A stretch of 63,820 nucleotides of DNA, counting the filler. It is 6 parts of 6 records of this genome, joined end to end, with 100 filler letters (N's around TTAATTAATTAA, not from the genome) between each part and the next. Parts side by side here need not be neighbours in the genome. Positions count along the whole stretch, not along the records: positions 1 to 15,900 come from SRR31156797_4497; positions 16,001 to 24,780 come from SRR31156797_4499; 4 more parts are not named here. One strand, 5' to 3'. Both the position numbers and the translations under genes were made by a program. The notes beneath the pieces are model-generated. The model was not told where the DNA came from. It worked only from the letters and a program-made list of their open reading frames with translations, and did not search any database. Positions 9,921 to 17,808 of the stretch are shown here, in pieces (positions within the stretch are counted from its first letter, which is position 1; each line of letters starts with the position of its first letter).

Positions 9921-9990
9921 GTACAATTGTACGGGTCGATATTGAAGAATGCTTTTATCATATTAATCCAACGTACAATTGTACTAGTCG
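9921..9990. promoter_or_regulatory. Two copies of the perfect palindrome GTACAATTGTAC, each followed by nnGTCG, 52 bp apart
   Basis: Copies at 9921-9932 and 9973-9984. Confidence 0.45.
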
Positions 9991-10083
9991 TAACGATAAT
10001 AACTACATCTTTTTTTCGTTATATTTAGAATTCAGTTCTAAAATTATAGGAGAAAGAAAAGCAGTTTCAACCTGCTATGTTAA

Positions 10084-10257
10084 GAAGCAAAAGGAATTTA
10101 ATCGGAAGCAAGGGCAATGAAAGTCGAAGCAGCCCAACTACAAGAGGAAGCAGTAGAACTGTAAGCTGAAGCAATACAATTGCAATGCGAAGCAACGGGA
10201 ATGTAACCCGAAGCAACGCATTTGTAACTGGAAGCAGAGCAGATGTAAGTCGAAGCA
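10084..10257 (+). repeat. Phased array: GAAGCA x9 at an exact 21-bp period
   Basis: Copies at 10084, 10105, 10126, 10147, 10168, 10189, 10210, 10231 and 10252 with variable 15-nt spacers. Confidence 0.85.
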
Positions 10258-10318
10258 ACCAATTTGTAATTATTAATAACCCGTTTGCTGTAATGGCAGA
10301 CCTTAAAAATTAAATTTT

Positions 10319-10975
10319 ATGGCAACTAGACCGAAAAATTCCGAAGCCGATACATTAGAGCTTTATCGAGTAGCGTTAGAAAATGCAGAAACACAGTCAG
10401 AAATTGCAACAGTTATGGCAGAGTTAGGCTACGACTCCGCAAAAATCACCGAAGGTAAAACCCTTTTGACCGAGACACGTTCAGCCTACGATTTCAACAA
10501 GACCGAAGATGACGAAACCTCTGCTGCTTCAGCTTCATTCTCCGATAAAAAAGCAGAATTGGAGAAAGTTTTTAAAATGCAACGTAAAAAAGCAAAAGTC
10601 ATATTCCGTAACGATAGTTTAACCGCCGATAAATTGGCAATTTCAGGAGAAATGCCACGGACTTATATAAAATGGTTAGAAGCTGCAAAGAAATTTTACA
10701 GTGTAGCAATTACCGATACAGCTATTCAGACCAAATTGGCAAGATTAGCAATTACTGCTGACTCATTAACAGCCGCAAACACTTTGATAACTGAACTCGA
10801 AACAGCAAGAGCAGAATACTTAAAAGAAGTTGGAGAATCGCAAGACGCAACAAAAGCTAAAGATGCTGCATTCGCTAAGATGGATGATTGGATGAGCGAG
10901 TTCTACGCAGTTGCACGGATTGGATTAGAGGATAATCCACAGCTATTAGAAGCATTAGGAAAGATAGTTAAATGA
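10319..10975 (+). CDS. Hypothetical all-alpha-helical protein
   Basis: 218-aa ORF rich in Ala/Glu/Lys, with an AT-rich leader before the ATG; no motif recognised. Confidence 0.75.
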   Translation: MATRPKNSEADTLELYRVALENAETQSEIATVMAELGYDSAKITEGKTLLTETRSAYDFNKTEDDETSAASASFSDKKAELEKVFKMQRKKAKVIFRNDSLTADKLAISGEMPRTYIKWLEAAKKFYSVAITDTAIQTKLARLAITADSLTAANTLITELETARAEYLKEVGESQDATKAKDAAFAKMDDWMSEFYAVARIGLEDNPQLLEALGKIVK

Positions 10976-10996
10976 TAAAAGGGAAAGCCCACGCTA

Positions 10997-11062
10997 TTTG
11001 TAAGCACATTGGCAAGTCACACGAGCCACGCTCAGACCAAAACTTGCCAAAGAGCTTACAAA
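10997..11062 (+). repeat. GCACATT...AAAGAGC palindromic element, copy B
   Basis: tttgtaaGCACATTggcaagt ... acttgccAAAGAGCttacaaa. Confidence 0.8.
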
Positions 11063-11221
11063 GCCAGCCCTAAGTACCGCCTTTAAGGGCGGTTTGGGAT
11101 TTCCCGTCGCACAAAAAACAAAATAAATTCGTGCTCCGTATCAAGGTCAGTGCGGATTGATAAGAATAAAGATTAGATTTGTAAAAACTTGAAACAGATT
11201 GACTTCGAACAATGAACACCA

Positions 11222-11357
11222 GCTTACAACACGGTATATACAAAATGGGCGGGATTGTGCTAAAATCAAGGGCAGTAGCCCGCTTTAAAATAGTAACGGT
11301 TTGATAAGTATGTAGCCCGCAATCGCCCACATTTGCATATACCCATCCGTTGTGTTT
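11222..11357 (+). repeat. attC-like site 2
   Basis: GCTTACAAC (complement of 1400-1408); stem ggtatatacaaaatgggcg / cgcccacatttgcatatacc; ends in GTTGTGTTT. Confidence 0.8.
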
Positions 11358-11394
11358 CATGCAAAGAGAGACCGTGCAACTAATGCCAACGCAC

Positions 11395-11456
11395 ATTTGG
11401 CACATTCGCAAGCCCTAACCCACTAGCTGATGCTTCAGCTTGCAAAAGAGCCAAAT
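11395..11456 (+). repeat. GCACATT...AAAGAGC palindromic element, copy C
   Basis: atttgGCACATTcgcaagc ... gcttgcaAAAGAGCcaaat. Confidence 0.8.
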
Positions 11457-11492
11457 TTTAGCCGACGCACAGCCAGACAAAATGAACTGATT

Positions 11493-13529
11493 ATGAATAT
11501 AGAAGAATTAAATAGTGGAATTAAACAAATCGGCAAGACTTCAATAGATATCAAAGGATATTATGATAATCATGAGAAACTTGTTGAAGGCTTGAATAAT
11601 GTACCGACTGCCGAACTTGATAAGTGTCTTGATTATTACGCTTCAAGGTCTGGTGTTATCGTTGACTTACGCAAGGAACTAATTGAAACATTAAAGCGTG
11701 AAGACAAAATTACAACTGATACATTATCGGATTTGTTAAATAAGCATAGAGAAGGAAAAGAGAATCAGTTTCGAGCATATAAAAATTGGTTTTCACTTTT
11801 TTATCCACCGATAACTTTCTACGGACATAATCCGATTAGGAAATTTATAAATGAGTTCATTGAGAAGTTAATCGCTGATTTAAAACTAAATGAACATGTA
11901 AAATCTACTTTGATTGATTTTCAAGGAGCACGACAACAAGGAGCTGACCGATTATGGCTTGCACTTTATAATAATCAGCAAAAATCACAGTCTCATGGTC
12001 TACAATTTTTTGTTGAGTTCTACAATGGCACTATTAAATATGGCGTTTATCGCCATAGCAATCAAAGCTATATAAAGAAACCTGAGAATATTTCATTTGA
12101 AGATTTTGATTACAACAAAATGCTTGGATATTTCAGTCCTGAAACCGATGTAATTAAAAATGATACTCCTAAAAAGCAAGAAAGCAATAGTGAGCCTGTT
12201 CCAGAAAATGGTAACACTAATGGCTCAAAAAGCTTAAATCAAATCTTATATGGCCCTCCAGGTACAGGTAAAACTTATAATACGGTTTTAAAAGCAGCAC
12301 AGATTATTTCACCTGATTCATATATTACAGATTATGATGAAGCCTTAAAGATATTCAATGACAATCTTGGAGGCAGAATTGAGTTTATTACTTTTCATCA
12401 AAGCTATAGTTATGAAGACTTCATCCAAGGTTTAAGACCAGACGTTGAAGCGAAAGGGCAATTAAGTTTTGATAAAAAAGATGGGGTATTTACAAGAATA
12501 GCGACAGAAGCACTCTTTGAATACTACAAAAAATCAAAAAGACTTAAAGCCGAAAAGAAAGAAAGCTCTGAGAAAAAAGATGAAAACGAGGTTTATTTAG
12601 ATTTTATTGAGCATTTAAAGAACCTTGAATCAAAGGTCTTTAAATCAGCAACTGGCTCAGTCATCTCAATTACATCTTTTACAAAAAATGACAATGTTGA
12701 GTTTAAACATGCAAATAGCAGTAGAACATATTTAGTTTCAGGTAATCGCCTTTTAAAGCTATTTGAAGTATTTCCTGATATAAAGAAAATAAAGAACGTT
12801 CATACTGACATACGGGATGCAATTGGTGGTTGTAATACAACAGTATATTGGGTTGCATTGAAGGAATTTATTTCATTTTATAATAAGTATGAAAAATCCT
12901 CAGATGAGGAAAAAGAAGAGGTTTTTGAAGAAGTTAGCTACGAATCCAAAAAGAAACTACTTGCCACATTTGATTTGGAAGTACTACGAAAAATTTCAAC
13001 AGAAGATGTCCCAAATTATGTTATCATAATCGATGAAATCAATAGGGCAAATATTTCTAGAGTGTTTGGCGAGTTAATAACACTTATAGAGCCTGATAAA
13101 CGTTCTCACGGTAGAATACCATTGTCATGTACACTTCCATCAGGCGAACAATTTATTGTTCCTTCAAATTTATATCTGGTTGGAACTATGAATACTGCAG
13201 ATAAATCGATTGCACTATTAGATATTGCATTGCGACGTCGTTTTGAATTTGTTCCAATGTATCCAAATTACAACTTGGATTATGAAGCAAAAGAAGTGTT
13301 GCAATCAATAAATGAAAAAATCATAGAACTTAAAGGTTATGATTTCCAGATTGGACACGCTTACTTTATGACAGAGGACTTTAACTTAGTTGATTGTATT
13401 AACAACAAGGTAATTCCTTTACTACTAGAATATTTTCTGAATGATGAGAATGAGGTTAAAAATGTATTAACTCATGCTGGACTTGAAGTACAAGACAAAA
13501 GCTGGCCATTACAAATTACCAGCAACTAG
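11493..13529 (+). CDS. mcrB: McrB-family AAA+ GTPase (type IV restriction)
   Basis: GPPGTGKT, FHQSYSYEDF, IIDEINRAN and GTMNTADKSIALLDIALRRRF; ATG at 11493 chosen because the longer ORF starts inside the repeat element. Confidence 0.9.
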   Translation: MNIEELNSGIKQIGKTSIDIKGYYDNHEKLVEGLNNVPTAELDKCLDYYASRSGVIVDLRKELIETLKREDKITTDTLSDLLNKHREGKENQFRAYKNWFSLFYPPITFYGHNPIRKFINEFIEKLIADLKLNEHVKSTLIDFQGARQQGADRLWLALYNNQQKSQSHGLQFFVEFYNGTIKYGVYRHSNQSYIKKPENISFEDFDYNKMLGYFSPETDVIKNDTPKKQESNSEPVPENGNTNGSKSLNQILYGPPGTGKTYNTVLKAAQIISPDSYITDYDEALKIFNDNLGGRIEFITFHQSYSYEDFIQGLRPDVEAKGQLSFDKKDGVFTRIATEALFEYYKKSKRLKAEKKESSEKKDENEVYLDFIEHLKNLESKVFKSATGSVISITSFTKNDNVEFKHANSSRTYLVSGNRLLKLFEVFPDIKKIKNVHTDIRDAIGGCNTTVYWVALKEFISFYNKYEKSSDEEKEEVFEEVSYESKKKLLATFDLEVLRKISTEDVPNYVIIIDEINRANISRVFGELITLIEPDKRSHGRIPLSCTLPSGEQFIVPSNLYLVGTMNTADKSIALLDIALRRRFEFVPMYPNYNLDYEAKEVLQSINEKIIELKGYDFQIGHAYFMTEDFNLVDCINNKVIPLLLEYFLNDENEVKNVLTHAGLEVQDKSWPLQITSN

Positions 13530-13534
13530 GATTT

Positions 13535-14902
13535 ATGATAAATCTTTTCGAATATCAGAATAAAGAAACCTTTAAAGGCGATTACTCTGGACTAGAGTAT
13601 TTTCTAGATGATATCTGGAATAAAAGAGAACGCAGTTTCTTTTATGGTAATGGTGATTCTGAAAAAGTTGAAGTTCAGCGATTTGTTCAGTTCATACATA
13701 AATCTAAGGAGATTAAGTCTAATAAGTATGTTGGTGTAATTCATTTTGAAGGCGAAAAAGTAAATCTGCTACCAAAGATATTCTACGACACCAAACGGGA
13801 TTATGATGATAAAGATGTAAATGCAATTCAGCAACATATTTTATGGTATCTGAGCTATTGTAGAAAATTGAAATTCCCAAATTTCAAATCATCTTTAGGT
13901 AGCTTAAAAAATGACTTCTTTGAAATCCTAATCTATTTATTTGCTAAATACACAAGAGAGCTTCTATCGAACTCTATATTCCAGCAATATGAAGAGGTTA
14001 ACAGAGAAGTTCATAATATTAAAGGCCGATTAGATACACCAACTTATATTTCTCAAAATTTATCAAAAGCTCATTGGCATAAAGTTAGTTGCACTTATGA
14101 TTCTTTTGTAATGGACAACAAATTCAACAGAATTGTAAAGTATGTAACTAAGTTGCTTTTCAATGTCAGTACCAACTTTGAAAATAGAAAGTATTTAAGG
14201 GAGATACTATTCATCCTAGACGAGGTTAGTGATGAAAATGCAACAGCAAATGATTGTGCGAGTATAGTTTTTAATCCTATGTACAGTGAGTTTGAGACAA
14301 TTCGTGATTACTGTACTTTGTTTCTGAGTAATAGCATTTCAATTGATTACAAAAACGATTTGAAACTTTTCGCTTTTCTGTTGCCAATGGAGTATTTATT
14401 TGAAGACTTCGTATTTGGCTTCATAAATAAAGAGCTTAAAGAAATAAATGTAAAATCACAAGTTAGCTCAACTCACTTAGACGAAGGAAAGATATTCGGA
14501 TTAAAACCTGATTTATGCATTACCACACCGACAAAAGATTTTATAGCGGATACAAAATATAAAATTGCTTACTCAGAGAATAATGACCCTAAAAATGGTA
14601 TTTCACAAAGCGATTTATATCAAATGGTTGCTTATGCAATTAGATTTGAAATACAGGATATTGCTTTGCTATATCCGAGTATGCTTAAATCAAAAGATAA
14701 TGGAATGTCAACGATACAGATAAAAGATAACTTGGCGTTGGATAAAGAAATAGATATTTCAGCTCATCAGCTACCGATTATAAACTACGATTTATTTTCA
14801 ACGGAATCTGATTTTAGAAATATTGAATTAACAGAGTTGTTTAAAAAACAAAAAGATGAATTAAGAAAAAAATTAGAGGATATATTTGCCACCCCTTCGT
14901 AG
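13535..14902 (+). CDS. mcrC: McrC-family endonuclease subunit
   Basis: YVGVI...LLPK, PMEYLFEDFV, KPD...ADTKYK (PD-D/ExK) and SDLYQMVAYA; directly follows mcrB. Confidence 0.9.
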   Translation: MINLFEYQNKETFKGDYSGLEYFLDDIWNKRERSFFYGNGDSEKVEVQRFVQFIHKSKEIKSNKYVGVIHFEGEKVNLLPKIFYDTKRDYDDKDVNAIQQHILWYLSYCRKLKFPNFKSSLGSLKNDFFEILIYLFAKYTRELLSNSIFQQYEEVNREVHNIKGRLDTPTYISQNLSKAHWHKVSCTYDSFVMDNKFNRIVKYVTKLLFNVSTNFENRKYLREILFILDEVSDENATANDCASIVFNPMYSEFETIRDYCTLFLSNSISIDYKNDLKLFAFLLPMEYLFEDFVFGFINKELKEINVKSQVSSTHLDEGKIFGLKPDLCITTPTKDFIADTKYKIAYSENNDPKNGISQSDLYQMVAYAIRFEIQDIALLYPSMLKSKDNGMSTIQIKDNLALDKEIDISAHQLPIINYDLFSTESDFRNIELTELFKKQKDELRKKLEDIFATPS

Positions 14903-14903
14903 T

Positions 14904-14964
14904 CAAGCACATTGGCTGGTCGCTCAAAAAGCCAACGCACGACCAAAACCAGCCAAAGAGCTTG
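14904..14964 (+). repeat. GCACATT...AAAGAGC palindromic element, copy D
   Basis: caaGCACATTggctggt ... accagccAAAGAGCttg; begins 2 nt after the mcrC stop. Confidence 0.8.
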
Positions 14965-15004
14965 CCAACCCAATCGCACGGGCAGACTGCGAGATAAAGC
15001 ACGA

Positions 15005-15141
15005 AAACACAACAAAGTGTCATACGTAATGCGGGGAAAAGTGGTAGATTTGAATATAAGTACAATTAATAAACGGCATAGTGGTTTGATAGTTTGGAGC
15101 TTCGAAACCCGCACTACGCATACACTAGGCCGTTGTGGTTA
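15005..15141 (+). repeat. attC-like site 3
   Basis: AAACACAAC (complement of 11349-11357)-N5-GT; stem agtgtCatacgtaatgcggg / cccgcactacgcatacact with one extra base; ATAC-N8-GTTGTGGTTA. Confidence 0.8.
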
Positions 15142-15181
15142 ATCAAGAAGGAGAAACAAAGTTCCATTTTATCATCTAGAA

Positions 15182-15213
15182 TTTGATTTTTGTTCCATTA
15201 TTCGTTAACTTTG
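15182..15213 (+). promoter_or_regulatory. Bacteroidota sigma-A type promoter of the toxin-antitoxin cassette
   Basis: TTTG (15182-85)-N20-TAACTTTG (15206-13) matches TTTG/TAnnTTTG; the ATG follows 4 nt later. Confidence 0.65.
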
Positions 15214-15217
15214 TAAC

Positions 15218-15571
15218 ATGGAAACAAAAAGAAAGATTTTCTACTTCAAGAATCATTTTAGAGATTTCTTTGAAGCTCAAACTGAAAAAGTTAAGGACAA
15301 GATTGATTACGTTCTTTTCTTAGTCACTGTTGCAGAAAAGATTCCTAAAAAGTTTTTTGACAGCATGACTGGTTATGACGGACTTTGGGAAATAAGGATT
15401 GAATTCCAAAGTAATATCTATCGAGTTTTCTGCTGTTTTGATGAAGGAAGTTTAGTTGTTTTATTCAATGGATTTCAAAAGAAAAGCCAAAAGACACCAA
15501 AGAAAGAGATTGAAAAAGCAATGCGGATAAAAGATGAATATTTCGAGTTAAAAAAGAAAGGAGAGCTATAA
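15218..15571 (+). CDS. RelE/HigB-like (Gp49-type) toxin
   Basis: GLWEIRI...YRVF...VVLFNGFQKKSQKTPKKEIEKA. Confidence 0.85.
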   Translation: METKRKIFYFKNHFRDFFEAQTEKVKDKIDYVLFLVTVAEKIPKKFFDSMTGYDGLWEIRIEFQSNIYRVFCCFDEGSLVVLFNGFQKKSQKTPKKEIEKAMRIKDEYFELKKKGEL

Positions 15572-15861
15572 TGAAAAATTTAACATCATTTGACGACCAT
15601 TTAGACCAAAGATATGGTAAAATTGGTAGCGAAAAACGGACTGAATTTGAGATTAAAGCCAAAGCTTTTGCAATTGGAGAGATTTTACGTGAAGCAAGAA
15701 AAGATGCACACATGACTCAAGAACAATTAGCAGAAAAAACAGGAACAAGAAAAAGTTTTATATCTCGAATAGAAAACGGCCATAGTGATATTCAATTGTC
15801 AACGCTTTACCGATTAGTAGAATTAGGATTTGGTAAAAGAGTTAACTTGACGATAGGATAA
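15571..15861 (+). CDS. XRE-family HTH antitoxin (HigA-like)
   Basis: LREARKDAHMTQEQLAEKTGTRKSFISRIENG; stop and start overlap with the toxin. Confidence 0.85.
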   Translation: MKNLTSFDDHLDQRYGKIGSEKRTEFEIKAKAFAIGEILREARKDAHMTQEQLAEKTGTRKSFISRIENGHSDIQLSTLYRLVELGFGKRVNLTIG

Positions 15862-15866
15862 AAGAC

Positions 15867-15900
15867 TAACCACAACAATTTGTATAAGCAATAGCGGCAA
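15867..15900 (+). repeat. attC-like site 4 (left part only, cut by contig end)
   Basis: TAACCACAAC is the exact complement of GTTGTGGTTA (15132-15141); followed by N5-GTAT. Confidence 0.75.
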
Positions 15901-16000
15901 NNNNNNNNNNNNNNNNNNNNNNNNNNNNNNNNNNNNNNNNNNNNTTAATTAATTAANNNNNNNNNNNNNNNNNNNNNNNNNNNNNNNNNNNNNNNNNNNN
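15901..16000. other. Artificial contig spacer
   Basis: N-run with TTAATTAATTAA. Confidence 0.99.
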
Positions 16001-16324
16001 CTGTTGCCATGGGGATTTCCCCGGCTTTTTGCAACCCTCTCTTATAGGGAATGGGAATGGGATTGTCAATATTCGGGAAAGTGATTTTCAGGGCCGCTGC
16101 TTCGATTATGGGATCTCATTATTAAACATGTATTATTTTGAGAATTTCACCGATACTCTTTACTGTCAACGACAATACCGGTTTAATAGTCGGATTGTGT
16201 TTCATTATGATACACAACCCGGTTTATTGAATTTCTCCGGTCCGGATCCGGGACCGATTTCTTGTGACACGCCGGGCGGGCATTCCTATCCAAAATCCAT
16301 TAAATTTTCACACCAACCTGGTCA

Positions 16325-16340
16325 CGGCACAGTTTTGGCT
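16325..16340 (+). promoter_or_regulatory. sigma54 (-24/-12) promoter
   Basis: cGGcacagttttgGCt (GG-N10-GC), about 45 nt upstream of the likely start codon. Confidence 0.6.
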
Positions 16341-16382
16341 TTATTCCTGAATCATAATGCCAAATTGGAGAGGGGATTCTTT

Positions 16383-17504
16383 TTGAGGTCAGCTGACATT
16401 ATCATCATAGGAGGGGGACTGTCCGGTTCAGCCACGGCACTTGGGCTTGTCCAGGAAGGCGGCTGCAAGGTCATGGTGTTTGATAAACACCTTCCCAACC
16501 AGCGGTTGTCCCGGGGAAATTTTGGATTGACCTGGTTTATGACCAAGGGCGCTGGGCATCCTGCATATGCGCAATGGTGTCGGATGGCCACACGGCAATG
16601 GCCTGATTTTGCCCGTGCCCTGGAATCGGAAACCGGCTATGATGTGGAATTGGAATGGACGGGCGGGGTCATACATGCCTTTGGCGAAAAAGAGCTGAAA
16701 TCCCATGCTGACGAGATCGAAAACATAAGGAAAACATGCGGGGAAGTCGGCCTGGATTACCCGGTAAAAATACTGAACCGGTCCGAGTTCGCCGGCCTGG
16801 TACCGGATATGCGGCTTGGCCGCGATGTGTCCGGGGCCATGTATACGCCGGAGCAGGGTCATGTGAATCCGCTTAAATTATTGACGGCGCTCAGGTCGGC
16901 CTTTCAAAAAAAGGGGGGTATTTTCCACGGGGGGCAGAGCGTGGTCAGGGTCCTTCCGCAAAAAGGCGGAACCATTGTCCTTGAAACAGGCCAGGGCCGG
17001 TATCAGTGCAAAAAATTGGTCATTGCCGCTGGACACGGCTCATCACGTCTGCTGCATCCTTTGGGAGAAAAACTTAATATTTATCCCTCCCGCGGACAGA
17101 TTATGGTCACCGAACGGGTGCGCCGAACGCTGACTATACCTGACCTTTGTGTGCGGCAAACCGCAGATGGTACTTTTTTAATCGGATATTCCGAAGATGA
17201 TGCGGCCCATGACATCAGCGTGACCCCTGATGCCATGAAACGACAGGCAGCCAACGCCATAAGGCTGTTCCCCGAGCTTGCCCGGCTGAACTGGATTCGG
17301 GCCTGGGGGGCTGTCCGGGTGTTAACCCCGGACGGAGCACCGATTTACAGCCGGGTTTCCGGCCATGAAAATATTTATGTTCTGGCCCTCCACAGCGCTG
17401 TCTCGCTGGCTCCTATGAAGGTCAGCGCCATTGCCCCCTGGATATTGGAAAAAAACACGGCCTCTCAACTCCATCATTTCAGAAACGGAAGATTCAATGT
17501 TTAA
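16383..17504 (+). CDS. FAD-dependent oxidoreductase, DAO family (opine dehydrogenase beta / HcnC-like subunit)
   Basis: IIIIGGGLSG, SRGNFGL, GHVNP, LHSAVSLA and terminal RF; TTG start after RBS GGAGAGGGG (the upstream ORF extension is promoter DNA). Confidence 0.8.
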   Translation: MRSADIIIIGGGLSGSATALGLVQEGGCKVMVFDKHLPNQRLSRGNFGLTWFMTKGAGHPAYAQWCRMATRQWPDFARALESETGYDVELEWTGGVIHAFGEKELKSHADEIENIRKTCGEVGLDYPVKILNRSEFAGLVPDMRLGRDVSGAMYTPEQGHVNPLKLLTALRSAFQKKGGIFHGGQSVVRVLPQKGGTIVLETGQGRYQCKKLVIAAGHGSSRLLHPLGEKLNIYPSRGQIMVTERVRRTLTIPDLCVRQTADGTFLIGYSEDDAAHDISVTPDAMKRQAANAIRLFPELARLNWIRAWGAVRVLTPDGAPIYSRVSGHENIYVLALHSAVSLAPMKVSAIAPWILEKNTASQLHHFRNGRFNV

Positions 17505-17808
17505 ATATGATATAGCCCCTGAGCAAATGGTACGGGTTTCCCTGGATAATCGTTCTGTTATGCTTCCCTGCGGAATGAATCTGGCCGCTGCCCTGCTGGG
17601 TGCCGGTGAAATTATTTCAAGGGTCTCTCCGACCTCGAAGAAACCCTGTTCCCCCCATTGTCTGATGGGGGTCTGCTACGAATGTCTCATGGAGATTGAC
17701 GGGATAAACCGTCAAGCCTGCATGACAACGGTAACCCGGGGTATGGTTATCAAGCGGGATCTTGGGATAAAAACGGCAGGTCCCTTGTCTTCCGAGGTCA
17801 GTCCATGA
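17497..17808 (+). CDS. 2Fe-2S subunit (opine dehydrogenase gamma / HcnA-like)
   Basis: CLMGVCYECLMEIDG...RQAC. Confidence 0.85.
   Translation: MFKYDIAPEQMVRVSLDNRSVMLPCGMNLAAALLGAGEIISRVSPTSKKPCSPHCLMGVCYECLMEIDGINRQACMTTVTRGMVIKRDLGIKTAGPLSSEVSP

Noticed and set aside
10084-10257. Repeat-spacer pattern read as a CRISPR array
   Set aside because: The repeat is only 6 nt and spacers 15 nt; there is no palindromic repeat and no cas gene. Kept only as a phased repeat.
11430-11492. N-terminal extension of McrB in the ORF track
   Set aside because: It starts inside hairpin C; ATG 11493 is the more plausible start.
16029-16382. 118-aa N-terminal extension of the FAD oxidoreductase
   Set aside because: It covers the sigma54 promoter and RBS; the Rossmann motif begins right after TTG 16383.
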